A stretch of DNA of 64,000 nt from Paraspadella gotoi. Lineage: Eukaryota > Animalia > Chaetognatha. The notes beneath the pieces are model-generated. The model worked only from the letters and a program-made list of their open reading frames with translations. It searched no databases and was not told the DNA's origin. Shown here one piece after another: positions 50,716 to 64,000 of this stretch (position 1 is its first letter; each line of letters opens with the position of its first letter). The stretch spans positions 21,284,324-21,348,323 of the forward strand of contig CM119270.1 of assembly GCA_051294375.1 (NCBI GenBank), read 5' to 3'. The position numbers and the translations under genes are program-made.

Positions 50716-52897
50716 CACGCCGCCGCCGCCGCCGCCGCGCCGCCCCGCCGCCGCCGCCGCCGCCGATTGGATGATTCTTTTGTATGTCTCTTCGTTGCTT
50801 TTTTTGATCGTTACGACTTCGAAATGGTTTTGGTCGATATCACCCGCCCCCCACTCTCACCCCCCGCAATCAGCACCCCACGCAACCAATACCACCGCCA
50901 TCGTCTTTCTCTCTCTCTACTCTCTCTCTCTCTCTCTCTCTTTCTGTGCTCTCTCTCTCTCTCTACCTCTCTCTGGCTCTCTCTCTCTCTTCTCTCTCTC
51001 CTCTCTCTCTTCTCCTTTTTGCGATGGGGAATATAGATGCAAAATTCCGCCCCAAAATTTTGGGAAAAAAAGGAGGATTTTGTCCAATGCTTTTCAGTCA
51101 GAGAGAGAAGAGAGAGAGAGAGGAGAGAAGAGAGAGAGAAGAGAGAGAGAGAGACAAGAGAGAGAGAGAGAGAAGTGGGGATTGTTGTTGGGATGAATCG
51201 AATTTCAAGTCACCGCGGGCGAAGGGTGTGAAATGATAAACGAAACAACCAATAGCCGACCAGCGTTTCTTTAAGGGGACCACGAACGATTTAATCGTGG
51301 GTGTTTTGGTGACTTTTTGTTTTTTTAAGGAGGAAGACCAAGAAACAGACAGTTTATTGTGAACTCAAATGAACACACGTTGTTATAATGAGGGAGGCGA
51401 AGACAGGGAAGGAAAGCTGAGTAGAGAAGAGTTTAGGTGGAAGAAAGAGAAAAGTGAATTCTCGTTGACAACTTAAAATCAACTTCACACTACTTAACAA
51501 TTTTATCACTTTTCATTACATTTAGCCTGACCGCGGTTAGCAACACTGACATGCCAACTAGCCCATGACAGGCTGTAATCCGTTAACAGCGTGGACGATT
51601 GATCATTAATACAGCCTGATTCTAACATTCCCCCACCTCAAAAAAGATTTGAAAGTTTCGAAATTCCAGTATGTTCGAGGTCTTGAGTCTGAAATGGCAA
51701 CGTATGATAGTGAAGATACCAATGTGGTACAGCATAAGTTACACACCAAAAAATTATCTCACATAAATCTTTAAAGATATCATACAAAGTAATAACTATG
51801 TGTATTCATTTTTTTTTTTTACCGTCGAGTTTTTTAATCCACTAAATTTTTTCACTCTCTCGATCGGCAGGGAAGAAATATTTTTTTTCCCCCCGGATTA
51901 GGCTTCACAGTGTTTTGTTTAATTTTCTGTTTACGATTTGAGATTGGAATTTGTGAGCGAGAAGAAAATTCGGATACCGCGGTTGGAAAGAAGAGAGAGA
52001 AAGAGAGAAAAGAGAGGGCGGAGAGAGAAGAGAGAGAAGAGAGAGAAGAGAGTGTATTGTTTACAGTGAGAGAAGAGAGAGAAAGCAGAACCTTAATCAC
52101 CGTTTTCACTAATTAGAGACAGTTTTGGCTTAAGTTTTTTCGAAATTTATTTTGACATGTTAGTATTTTATAAACGTTGAAAAAAAAGGTTATTTTATAA
52201 AAGTTGTACTCACAGGTAATCCGAGTGATTGAAGAAAGATGAATCGGGTCGCGGAACGGAAGTTGTCGGAAAGGAAAAGTGGAAGAAAGTGAAAAGACAA
52301 TTAAGAAAGAAAGTAAAGAAAAGGAAGAAAGTGAAATAAATTAAATATAGAATAAAAGCCAAAAGTTTTGAAGAAATGAGATAAGAAATGTTAGTATGGG
52401 CATTGCCCTCGGTTCAGTCTAAATTTAAGGCAAAGCCTACAGATTATGACATTAGATACTGGTTCAGTTTATGCCCCAAGATATGGTGATAGTAATCTTC
52501 ATACTAACCTTAGGCCCTCTNNNNNNNNNNNNNNNNNNNNNNNNNGAGGCAATGCCCCATACTAACATTTCTTATCTCATTTCTTCAAAACCTTTTGGCT
52601 TTTATTCTATATTTAATTTATTTCACTTTCTTCCTTTTTCTTTCACTTTTCTTTCTAATTTCTTTCACTTTCTCCCATTTTCTTTCAGACCAACTCCTCC
52701 GCGACCGATTCACTTTTCTTCAATCACTCGGATTACCGTGAGTACAACTTTTTATAAAATAACTTTTTTTTCAACGTTTATAAATACTAACAATGTCAAA
52801 ATAAAATATTCGAAAAAAACTTAACCAAAAACTGTCTCTAATTAGTGAAAACGTTGATTAAGGTTTCGTTTCTCTCTCTCTCTCACTGTAAACAAAT

Positions 52898-52966
<69 letters not shown>

Positions 52967-54253
52967 TCTTTCTCTCTTTCTCTCTCTCTCTTCCAACCCG
53001 GGATCCGAATTTTCTTCTCGCTCACAAATTCCCAAATCTCAAATCGTAAACAGAAATTAAACAAAAACACGTGAAAGCCAATCGGGGGAAAAAAAATTTT
53101 CTTCCCGCCGATCGAGAGAAAAAAAATTTGTGGATAAAAAACTCGACGGTGAAAAAAAAAAGAATTTGATCAAAACCGAGAATTTTTGTGAAATTGGTTT
53201 TTTTTTGTGATTAATTTTATTTGTATTCTTACCTGACATTGGTATCTTCACTTATAGTGCTCTTTCAGACTCAAACCTAACATCTGGGAATTTCGAACTT
53301 CAAACTTTTGAGGGGGGAATTTAGAATCAGGCTGTAAATGATCAATCTCACGCTGTTAACGGATTACAGCCTGTCATGGGCCGGTTGGCATGATTCAGTG
53401 TGCTACCCGGTCAAGGCTAAATGTAAAGTGATAAAGTGATAAATGTTAAGTTGTGAACGTTGAATGTTAAGTTGTCAACGATGAATTCACTTTTCTCTTT
53501 CTCCACCTAAACTCTGTCTCTATCAGCTTTCCTTCCCTGCTCTTCCCTCCCTCATTATAAACGTGTTTCATTTGAGGTTCACAATAAACTGTCATGTTTT
53601 TGTCTCCCCTTAAAAAAAACAAAAAGTCCCAAAACACCCAACGATAAAAATCGTCGATGGTCCCCTTAAAAGAAACCTGGTCGGCTATTGTTTGTTTGTT
53701 TACATTTCACCCTTCGCCCCGCGTGACTTTGAAATCGATTCATCCCACAAAACAATCCCCACTTCTCTCTCTCTCTCTCATTCATTCCTCTCTCTCTCTC
53801 ATCTCTAGTTCTCTCCTCAATCTCATCTCTCTCTCTCTCTCTGCTTCTTTGAGAGGGACATATGGACTCAAAATTCCTTTCCCAAAATTTTGGGAAAAAG
53901 GGCGGAATTTGCTCATATTCCACATGAGAGAAGAGAGAGAGAGAGAGAAGAGAGAGAGGAGAAGAGAGAGAGAGAAAGAGAGAGAGAGAGGGCCAGAGAG
54001 AGGTAGAGAGAGAGAGAGAGCACAGAAAGAGAGAGAGAGAGAGAGAGAGTAGAGAGAGAGAAAGACGATGGCGGTGGTATTGGTTGCGTGGGGTGCTGAT
54101 TGCGGGGGGTGAGAGTGGGGGGCGGGTGATATCGACCAAAACCATTTCGAAGTCGTAACGATCAAAAAAAGCAACGAAGAGACATACAAAAGAATCATCC
54201 AATCGGCGGCGGCGGCGGCGGCGGGGCGGCGCGGCGGCGGCGGCGGCGGCGTG

Positions 54254-54932
54254 CACAATGTTATAATTTTGAAAAAGGGCCTCCAGGTAACGCCTCTGCC
54301 CTTCTCCGTCCGCCTATCCGTACACAATGTTAATTTTGAAAGGGCCTCCAGGTTAACGCCCTGCACTTCTTCACTCCGTGCCGCTCTATCTCGAACACAA
54401 TGTTATATTTGAAAAAAAGGGCCTCCAGGTTATACGCCCTGCTCCTTCCTGCCCCGTCCGCCTATTCTCGAGTACACATATGTTTATAGTTTGAAAAAGG
54501 GCCCTCCAGGTTAACGCCCTGCTCTTCCTCCGTCCGCCTATCTCGTACACGAATGTGTATATTTTGAAAAAGGGCCTCCAGGTAACGCCTGCTGCCTTCC
54601 TCCGTCCGCCTATCTCGTACACAATGTTTATATTTTGAAAAAGGGCCTCCAGCGTTAACGTTTGCCCTGCTATCTTACCTCCCGTCCGCCTATCTCTAAC
54701 ACAATGTTATCTTTTGAAAAAAGCGCCTTACGCAAGGTTAACGCCTGCCTCCTTCCTGTGCCGCGGCCTATCTCGTACACCAAGTGTTATAAATTTTGAA
54801 AGAAAAGGGCCTCCAGGTTAAACACGCCCTGACTCTCCTTCCTCCGTCCCGCCTAATTCTAGTACAATGTTATATTTTGAAAAAAGGGCCTCAGGTTAAC
54901 GCCCTGCTACCTTCCTCACCGTCCGCCTATCC
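54254..54932 (-). repeat. Inverted copy of the 50037-50715 minisatellite
   Basis: Reverse complement of the same array within the right arm of the inverted duplication. Confidence 0.9.
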
Positions 54933-57900
54933 TCTTCATTCCTGTTTCGTGCTTTTGCGCACATGGTTATGGGATCATGCCAACATCCCACCCCACCCCC
55001 GATTGAGGTAGTCACCATGTTATCCAATTAATATACTCAGAAAAATATTCTAATCTTTTACTTCATTTAGTTTTGAATAAGTACATAGATCAATCTACCT
55101 TCAATACAACGATAATATTAATATATGTAATTGATATGCAGAATAAACTTTAGTATGTATTCTAAGGCATAATTTTTGTTTCGCTATAATCTTTTTATAC
55201 AAAATTGCTAGTTATAGTCCTGTATCTAAGATTTTAGGAATATGTAACAGAGCTACAACTATGCATATCATTAGAAACTCACTTTTTGCTTAGGAGTCGC
55301 CTGGATGGATCACTAATTGTCCACATTTCTTCGTATGACCCACATTCGTCAGTTAACTTCAGAATTATTAAATATTGTGAAAACATCAAGAGTCGGACAA
55401 AAAAATCTTAAAAGAATGAGGATCGAGCCCTTCAATAATAACCAAACACTATTGATGCGATGAATAACCAAAGGATTGATGCGATAATAACCAAATGATT
55501 GATGCGATGATAACCAAATATTGATGCGATCGATAACCAATAATTGAATGTATGATGAACCATTAATTGAGCGATGAATAATCAAATGATCGATGTGATG
55601 ATGAACCAAATGATGATGTGTCATAACCAAATGGTTGATCGCGATGATAGTCCATTTCATTGATGTGAATGATACTCAATTCATCATAGAATAAATACAA
55701 ACAATACGTGTTGATGAAAGAGAGGAGAAAGAGAGAGAGAGAAAGAGAGAGAAAGAAAGAGAAGAGAGAGAAAGAAGAAAAGAGAGAGAGAAAGAAAGAG
55801 AATTAAATCAAGAAAATCTCGATGTAAATTGGGATTTTGGCATTGAGAAAGCGTGGAATAAATGGCGGATAATAACAGTTTTTAAAAGGAAAAAATAATC
55901 AAAATTTTTTCAAACGATCAGCAAGAGATCGTACAGAGATAGAGAGAGAAAGAACAGAAGAGATAGAGAGAGAGACAGAGAGAAGACAGAAGAGAAAGAG
56001 AGAGACAGACAGAGACTAGAGAGAGAGAGAAAGAAAAGAGAGAAACATCAGAACAACAAACGTTGTCAATGGTGGAGGACTAAAACAGACAACGATGACG
56101 ACGAAGATCTATTAAAACGATGACATTGAAGGACAATGTGGAAAGAGACAACAAAGAAGAAAACGACAAAAGCAAAGACATTGAAGAAGGAGGAAGAGAA
56201 AAAGAGGAAAAGAAAAGGACAGATGACAGAAACACATGCGACTTTAAGAACGACAATACGCAAAACTTATAAAACAAAATGTAATTCAATGTGTTGCGCC
56301 GCAGTGACTACTTATGCGTGTATTCTCGTGACATGACAGACGTGACAATGACCTTAACGTGAATGACATGAATCTGAGTCGGTGCAGCAGGCCCAGATTC
56401 CGCCTGTTTTATATTTTTAATTTCGGATATCTGATGGGTTCACTGGTTGGGCTTAGTTATCCATTAAAACAGTAAAACGCAAAAGAATTCGCTTCAACCC
56501 TCATCAATGGGAATCTCGGAGCAAGCTGTTAAACCTAAATTTTCCCTTTTATAAGAAACCTGTCATAAACAAACTCAATCAAATAAATAGTGGAAAAAAT
56601 TGAAAACCCTCGTTCTTTTCTTTGTTATTTTTTGAGGTGGAGTAGTTATTGGGCAAAGCTTGTTTCTCCTTAAAACATCAAAATCGCTAAATCCGCATTA
56701 ACCTCGAATGCTGGAACTGATTGACCTTAAAACCTGACATGAATACTAAGTTAGGATAAACCCTGGGTAAACGAATATAAGAAAGTCGTACAAGAGAAAA
56801 CATATGAAACTAGTTCTTTCTTATGTTATTTTCCGATGATTGACTTATCAACTGGTGAGGTTAATTTCTTTCTTAAAAACTCAAAACTCGCTAAAATCCG
56901 CTACAGACCGTAATATGCCAAAACCTTTACTAACTAATAAAACATTGTCAAATTTTTAAATATGATAAACCTGAGTAAACGAGTAACTACATAGAAAATT
57001 CAATTTCAGCGGAAACGTAAGTTAATTCTTTATATATTTTGAATCCATTTCATAATTCAGTACTCATGGCAAAATAAAACTTTCTCTCTTAATTTTATGA
57101 AATCGCTTATTGAATCTGCATTGTAAACTGAGGATCAAGGAAACTTTCTTGACTAATGAAAACACATAGATATTGTCAGATGTGATACACCTGGTAAAAC
57201 GAGTGACCATAGTAAAAATGTTTTTGTAATTTTTAAAGAAAAATATGTGGACTAATATAAGTAAAAAATATAATTTATGGTAGAAAAAAAAATAGCGCCC
57301 ATTGGATTTTTGGGATATGATAAAGGTGAACGTAGCTTTCTAACGCGCCGTATCATTTATACAATTGACAAGATATTAGACCCAGACGCTAGAACATCAA
57401 AAAAAGTCTTTTTTATTTTAGAAAGTAAAGAGAGGTGAAAGATTAAAAGAAATTTACAATTTTTCGAATCTTTTTCGGTCAGAAATCCCGCAAGACGCAT
57501 TCCACTCTGTCATTAAAACAGTGAATATCGAATTCCGGTGACATGACCTTTTTGCGCTCCCTTTCTGATAGATATTTTATTTTTTCCTGGAGGCATGTAA
57601 TCCGCGTGCGGCGGCGGCGGCGGCGGCGCGGCGGCGGGGAACAATCGCGTCGCGGAATTGTAATGGATCTCCCGTCGCTCCAGAGAAAAGCGGACGACGA
57701 CGACGACGACGACGACGACCGACGACGAGACGACGACGAAGACGAGACAGACAGACGATGACGAACGACGTCAATGGAAAAGATTTGCAGCTTGGACTTT
57801 TATCGGGAATATTTTATCTAGTAATATTATAATATATATATTATAAATTTATATAATGTTTGGTAGAATCGGAGAGAAGAAAGACACATCATCAGAAAAA

Positions 57901-58739
57901 TAAGGGAAGAAGAAAGGAAAGAAGTAAGGAAGGAAAAAAAAAAGAGTAAGTAAGAACGAGAGAGAGAAAAGAGAAAAGATAAATCAATTTTAGTGTAGAA
58001 AGAGGATGGGAGGAAAATAAGAAAAAGGCTAGTATAGGAAAGAATAAATGTTGAGAAATTAAGGAAAGGAGGGAAAAGATAAAAAAAAAGAAATAAGAAA
58101 GGAAAGATTGAAAACCAAAGAAAAACAAAATTTTATAACAAATAATAATAAATAATATATAAAGAAAATAACCAATAATCGACCGTAAGCGTTAACCGAA
58201 TTACCTTCGTCTCTCGAATGGCGGACGTCGACCATAATTATTTTTTTGGGGGGGAGAGGGGGGGGGAAGGGAGGAGGGAAGGGGAGAGGAAGGGAGAGGG
58301 AGAGGGAGGAAGGGGGAGGAGGGAAAGGAGAGGGAAGGAGGGAGGAGGGAGGAAGAGGGGAAGGAAGTGAGGAGGGAAGGGTTCCGGCCCAAATAGACCC
58401 AAGATTTAAAATGAAAAGTTGGTTAATGAGTGAGAGAGAGAGAAGAGAGAGAGATGAGAGGAGAGAGAGAGGAGAGAGAGAGAGAGAGAGAAAGAGAGGA
58501 GAGAGAGTCGTGGTGTGGAGAAAAACATAAAAAGAGTTGTACGGGGAAAAGAAGGAAAGAAAATATGGAAAAAGACAATTCTGAGAAAGCGGGTTTCGTA
58601 AAGGACAGAATAAAAAGTACAGGAGAAGATAAAAGACATACATTGTGAAAGAATGAATGAATGAATGAATGAATGAATGAATGANNNNNNNNNNNNNNNN
58701 NNNNNNNNNNNNNNNNNNNNNNNNNNNNNNNNNNNNNNN

Positions 58740-58774
<35 letters not shown>

Positions 58775-58949
58775 TAAAACAATTTAAACTCAACTCTAAA
58801 GACAGACAGGACGGACTGACCGACCAAAACTCCCTCGCGCCATTTAACCTTTCGAAGAGATTTATGATTCAAGGATTTTTTTTTCTTTTTGTGTCGCGAT
58901 TGTAGGGTTTTATTGTATTTTTGGTGTTGTCTTGAATGGAAGACACTCG

Positions 58950-59029
<80 letters not shown>

Positions 59030-59415
59030 AAGAGAGTCGCGTGGTTATTGTAACCGAGAGAGAGGTCCATTGTCGTTTTCCTTTCATCTCAATCACCACG
59101 TAACCCATTGTAATTCTATTGTAAAACCCTGTAGGTAATTCTCGGATTAGAATTCCACATTCGGTTCGCATCAGGGGGAGAGTGGATTTGAACTCGAGAC
59201 CTACGAGGTTCAGAGTCCTCCAGTTTAACGTCCTTCAAAGAGTCAGAGTCCTCTGTGAGTTCGGAATCAAAGATGGCGTCAGAAAAATTGAAATGCTTGA
59301 CTTTTGCTCAATTTTTAATTATTTTTGTACAAAAAATAAATTTTAAAATTGTGAAATGACGTTTGTAAATTCTTTGGTTGGAGAAGCAAGTAGTCTCTCT
59401 CTCTCTCTCTCTCTC

Positions 59416-59991
59416 NNNNNNNNNNNNNNNNNNNNNNNNNNNNNNNNNNNNNNNNNNNNNNNNNNNNNNNNNNNNNNNNNNNNNNNNNNNNNNNNNNNNN
59501 NNNNNNNNNNNNNNNNNNNNNNNNNNNNNNNNNNNNNNNNNNNNNNNNNNNNNNNNNNNNNNNNNNNNNNNNNNNNNNNNNNNNNNNNNNNNNNNNNNNN
59601 NNNNNNNNNNNNNNNNNNNNNNNNNNNNNNNNNNNNNNNNNNNNNNNNNNNNNNNNNNNNNNNNNNNNNNNNNNNNNNNNNNNNNNNNNNNNNNNNNNNN
59701 NNNNNNNNNNNNNNNNNNNNNNNNNNNNNNNNNNNNNNNNNNNNNNNNNNNNNNNNNNNNNNNNNNNNNNNNNNNNNNNNNNNNNNNNNNNNNNNNNNNN
59801 NNNNNNNNNNNNNNNNNNNNNNNNNNNNNNNNNNNNNNNNNNNNNNNNNNNNNNNNNNNNNNNNNNNNNNNNNNNNNNNNNNNNNNNNNNNNNNNNNNNN
59901 NNNNNNNNNNNNNNNNNNNNNNNNNNNNNNNNNNNNNNNNNNNNNNNNNNNNNNNNNNNNNNNNNNNNNNNNNNNNNNNNNNNNNNNNNNN
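59416..59991. other. Assembly gap (others: 18403-18613, 52521-52545, 58685-58739, 60571-60736, 61147-61277, 61724-61916, 62274-62517, 63042-63078)
   Basis: Runs of N, mostly flanked by microsatellites. Confidence 0.98.
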
Positions 59992-61112
59992 NCTTTTTTC
60001 TTTTTGATTTTTCTTCCTTTTTTATTTATTTATTTTTTTTATAAATTTCCTTTCTACTTTTATGTCTACCTTTTTACATTTACTTAACTTATTTTCCCGT
60101 CAGCTCTTTTATACAGACTTTGAAATGCTTCATTTATACTTTACTCAACAGACTATTTAAATATCTTTCCTACACCCAAGCGAAATAAAAAAAGGCTATT
60201 TGAGGTTTTAGTATTAAATTCGATTTATTCTCAATGGGTCATAAAATCAACGATAAAAGATCGAATAAAAGATACTTCAGACTAAAGGCTTTTTTTACGA
60301 TGCCCTTTCCTGCTTTTTAATTTCTAAAATTTTTGGTTTTGTAATATCAAATGGTGATTATTAGCATTACAATCTTTTTTAAAAAAATGTTTTGTGTCAT
60401 TTTTAATGTCTCTTTTTACTCTTACTGTCGCCAAAGAGAAAAAAAAATAATTAACGTTTAATGTTTTACTTCTGTACAACTTGTTGTTTGGACGGACAAT
60501 AATTACTGTGCGTGCTCCTCTTTTGTACGGTTCGTTTGATTTAACTGCTCTCTCTCTCTCTCTCTCTCTCNNNNNNNNNNNNNNNNNNNNNNNNNNNNNN
60601 NNNNNNNNNNNNNNNNNNNNNNNNNNNNNNNNNNNNNNNNNNNNNNNNNNNNNNNNNNNNNNNNNNNNNNNNNNNNNNNNNNNNNNNNNNNNNNNNNNNN
60701 NNNNNNNNNNNNNNNNNNNNNNNNNNNNNNNNNNNNGCTCTCTCTCTCGCTCTCTCTCGTTCCGCCTTGAGAGAGATAAACCATAAAAGCAGATTATCCG
60801 GTCATAATGTCCGACAATAAAATTTAAAACGAATTATGATGACTTCAATAAACTTCTTTTTTGATTTATAGATTCTTATTTTTTTTATTAAACAAAGACA
60901 CAACATTGATGAAAACGGAAAAAAACAAAACTCGATAGTTTGGTTAATTAACGTTGATCTTGTTTTAAATAATTAATTAATTAATTAACTAATTAATTAA
61001 CGTTCGTTCTTGTTTTCCGATTTTGCAACGAGTTAGGCTAATTGATTTTATTACGAAATGAATTGACTGATTTTCGCAGGAAAGAAATAAAGAAAAACGC
61101 CAAACGACTTGT

Positions 61113-61146
<34 letters not shown>

Positions 61147-61523
61147 NNNNNNNNNNNNNNNNNNNNNNNNNNNNNNNNNNNNNNNNNNNNNNNNNNNNNN
61201 NNNNNNNNNNNNNNNNNNNNNNNNNNNNNNNNNNNNNNNNNNNNNNNNNNNNNNNNNNNNNNNNNNNNNNNNNNNNNCTCTCTCTCTCACTCTCTATTTC
61301 TCCCTCCCTCTTTCTCCTGTCTCTTTCTTTGCAAGCAAGTTTTTCTCTTAGAAATTCTTAAAATAAAAATTACAAGTTTTATTATTTTCCGTTTTCGAAC
61401 CGGAAATCCGAACTACATAAATTAATGTTTTTCCTTGAATTAAATTTTTTTTTCTTTTCAATTTTTAAAAATTACGGACATTTAAAACGTTCGCTTAGTT
61501 ACAGACTTTGATTGTTATCACTT

Positions 61524-61556
61524 ATCACCATGGTAACGTCAGCCATGCGCATTCGC
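61524..61556 (+). promoter_or_regulatory. RFX X-box-like element next to an NRF1-like element
   Basis: ATCACCATGGTAAC (61524-61537) followed by CATGCGCATTCGC. Confidence 0.4.
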
Positions 61557-61653
61557 GACAACAATAACAACTTTAACAACAACAACAACAACGAGAAGTA
61601 AAGCAGAATTAACGTTTGGATCTTTTTCTCTTGGCGGTCAAATCCGCGAGGCA

Positions 61654-63040
61654 ATGGCACCAGAGTTTTGTTGCTGTTGCAGATGTGGTCGTCGTCTTTC
61701 GTCGTCTTCGTCGTCGTCGTCGTNNNNNNNNNNNNNNNNNNNNNNNNNNNNNNNNNNNNNNNNNNNNNNNNNNNNNNNNNNNNNNNNNNNNNNNNNNNNN
61801 NNNNNNNNNNNNNNNNNNNNNNNNNNNNNNNNNNNNNNNNNNNNNNNNNNNNNNNNNNNNNNNNNNNNNNNNNNNNNNNNNNNNNNNNNNNNNNNNNNNN
61901 NNNNNNNNNNNNNNNNCACTGTCGTCGTCCTCGTCGTCGTCGTCGTCTACTTTTTTTCTCTCTCTCTATGGCGTTTTTTGCCTCTCTGTCTCTCTCGTTC
62001 CTCTCGCTCTCTCTCTCTCGCTCTCCTCCTCTTTTTTTTTCCGAGGTCGCGCTGACCCGAAGCTTTGGAGAAGCATTGAGTCGGGCAGAGGAGGAGGAGG
62101 AGGAGGAGGAGGAGGAGAAAAAATAGGAAGAGAGAGAAAAAAAGTGAAAGAGAGAGAGTGATCTGGAGAGAGAGAGAGAGAGAGAGAGATCTCAACCAGG
62201 AAGAATTTTCTGCGGAAAAGAAACAAAAAAAAGAGAAGAAAATCCCAACTTTTTTGTTTCAAAAAACCAAAAAANNNNNNNNNNNNNNNNNNNNNNNNNN
62301 NNNNNNNNNNNNNNNNNNNNNNNNNNNNNNNNNNNNNNNNNNNNNNNNNNNNNNNNNNNNNNNNNNNNNNNNNNNNNNNNNNNNNNNNNNNNNNNNNNNN
62401 NNNNNNNNNNNNNNNNNNNNNNNNNNNNNNNNNNNNNNNNNNNNNNNNNNNNNNNNNNNNNNNNNNNNNNNNNNNNNNNNNNNNNNNNNNNNNNNNNNNN
62501 NNNNNNNNNNNNNNNNNCAGCTTCCACCCCCCCAACTTCCCACCTCCCGGGCTCTTTTTTTGTGGCCAACTCTTTCTGTCTCGGATTAACATCCTTCCCT
62601 TCGGCTTCAGCAACTTCAGCGACTGCGGCAGCTGCAGCAGCTGCGGCAGCGGAGAGAGTTGGCGTGGCGCGCTCGAGCTGCTGCTGCGGCTCTCTCTACC
62701 GCAGACAAAAAAAAAGCAGAGAGAGAGCCAGAGAGAGAGAGAGCGAAAAAAACACACACACCAGAGAGAGACGAGCCAAGGAGAGAAGCACGCAAGGCGG
62801 CCATGGATGAGTTAAAAACCTCTAATGATAGAAGAAGAAGAAAAAGAAGAAGAAGAAAGAAAGAAAGAGAAAGAAGAAGATGAGAAGGAGAAACAAAAAA
62901 AAAACCCTGGCTCTCTCTCATCTCTCTGCTCATCGTCTCGGTCTGGGCTGCCTCTTCTTCTCGTCATCTCTTCTTCTTCGTCTTCATTGGTGTCATTCCT
63001 TCAGATCTATCTCTATTCTCGATTATGCTGATCTGTCTTC
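61654..63040 (+). CDS. Possible fragmented gene interrupted by N-gaps (starts MAPEFCCCCRCG)
   Basis: ATG ~120 bp downstream of an RFX-like box, with GC-rich open blocks at 62040-62130 and 62518-62880. Gaps prevent a gene model. Confidence 0.25.
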
Positions 63041-63368
63041 GNNNNNNNNNNNNNNNNNNNNNNNNNNNNNNNNNNNNNAGCCAGACTCTCTCTCTGCTTT
63101 GGCAAATACACACACAGAGCGAAAAAAATTCTTCCTTTTTTTTTGCATCGAAATTAATCGTTTTATTTTGTACCTTTGAAAATATCGATCGTTGTGGAGT
63201 TTGACAACAAAAACGACGACGACGACGACGATGACGACGACGACGACGACGACGACGACGATGTGCTTTTCTTTTCCTAACAAGATTCTCTATCTAATTA
63301 CGACGAAATGTCGTTCGTCGAATTTCGTCGCGTTTAACTGTGGAATTATAATACGACGGAATTGATTT

Positions 63369-63475
63369 ATGACGCCTGTCAGCACCTGCTACGTCAACAA
63401 CGACACCTGTCAGCACCTGCTACGTCAACAACGACACCTGTCAGCACCTGTCACGCCGTCAACGACGCTTGTCAT
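63369..63475 (+). repeat. ~31-bp tandem repeat, ~3.5 copies
   Basis: GACACCTGTCAGCACCTGCTACGTCAACAAC units. Confidence 0.85.
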
Positions 63476-64000
63476 CTTTGCGACAGATGTCAAATTATTT
63501 GAAGTTAAAAAAATTCGTGGAAACTTTTATCTATTTTTGGTAGAAATAAATCAGTAATCAATAAATATAAAATTTATCAAAATTTCGGAATTATTTCAAC
63601 TAATTTCGATTTCCCGAATCTTTCTTTCTTTGCGACTAACATTGTCTCGTATCTTCGGCTTCAGATTTCAATCCAGACATTTGTTAAACTCGCAACTTTT
63701 GTCCCGACTTAATGTCCTGCCTTTGTGGCCTTTATCCTTTGTCCTGCCTTTGTGTCCTGACTTCCTATTTCCGCGTACTTTTTTTCCCGACCTATTGCCC
63801 CGAATTCTTGTCCTGACCTCATTATGTCCCTCTCTATTGTCCCGCTCTTTCTAAGAAATTGTCTCATTTCTCAGAAATCGTTTTCGCTCGTGACGCAAAG
63901 CGAAATCGCGTCCATGGAAATTTGGATTCTCTTTTCAGTAAGAATTCTAATATTAAAAGTTTAAAATATTAGCAAAAAATAGACAAATCACAATTTTATT

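Larger units (their letters stand above)
45600..59415. repeat. Large inverted duplication: arms ~45600-52410 and 52546-59415, spacer ~135 bp containing an N-gap
   Basis: The ORF track has mirrored identical ORFs (48633-48833 vs 56136-56336; 49309-49620 vs 55349-55660; coordinate sum 104969). Inner ends pair (TTAGTATGGGCATTGCCCTC / GAGGCAATGCCCCATACTAA), as do outer ends (ACTACTTGCTTCTCCAACC / GGTTGGAGAAGCAAGTAGT). Confidence 0.95.

Overview
Eukaryotic draft-assembly DNA, most likely an invertebrate animal. It is AT-rich, saturated with (GA)n, (GAC)n and (GCC)n microsatellites, has nine N-gaps and shows signs of homopolymer indel errors. No prokaryotic features are present. Spliced genes built by hand with GT-AG junctions: (1) a BTG/Tob-family gene (minus, 7978-4798); (2) a 12-13-exon classical-architecture calpain (plus, 20780-29347) with the catalytic Cys replaced by Ala and the oxyanion Gln by Arg, i.e. 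a predicted pseudo-protease; (3) an AT-hook plus two C2H2 zinc-finger gene (minus, 32328-30062); (4) an unrecognised low-complexity gene (plus, ~33992 to 37638 or beyond). About 45.6-59.4 kb is one ~6.8-kb-arm inverted duplication centred on an N-gap, which may be an assembly or amplification artefact. The most notable unexplained signals are several unrelated, heavily base-paired 180-300 nt GC islands in the calpain introns, a triplicated exon-end/5' splice site, a 261-bp insert flanked by an 8-bp direct repeat that reads as a GT-AG intron only on the antisense strand, and homotypic motif arrays (TCACGTGA, CCAAT). Most ORFs in the supplied track are microsatellite artefacts.
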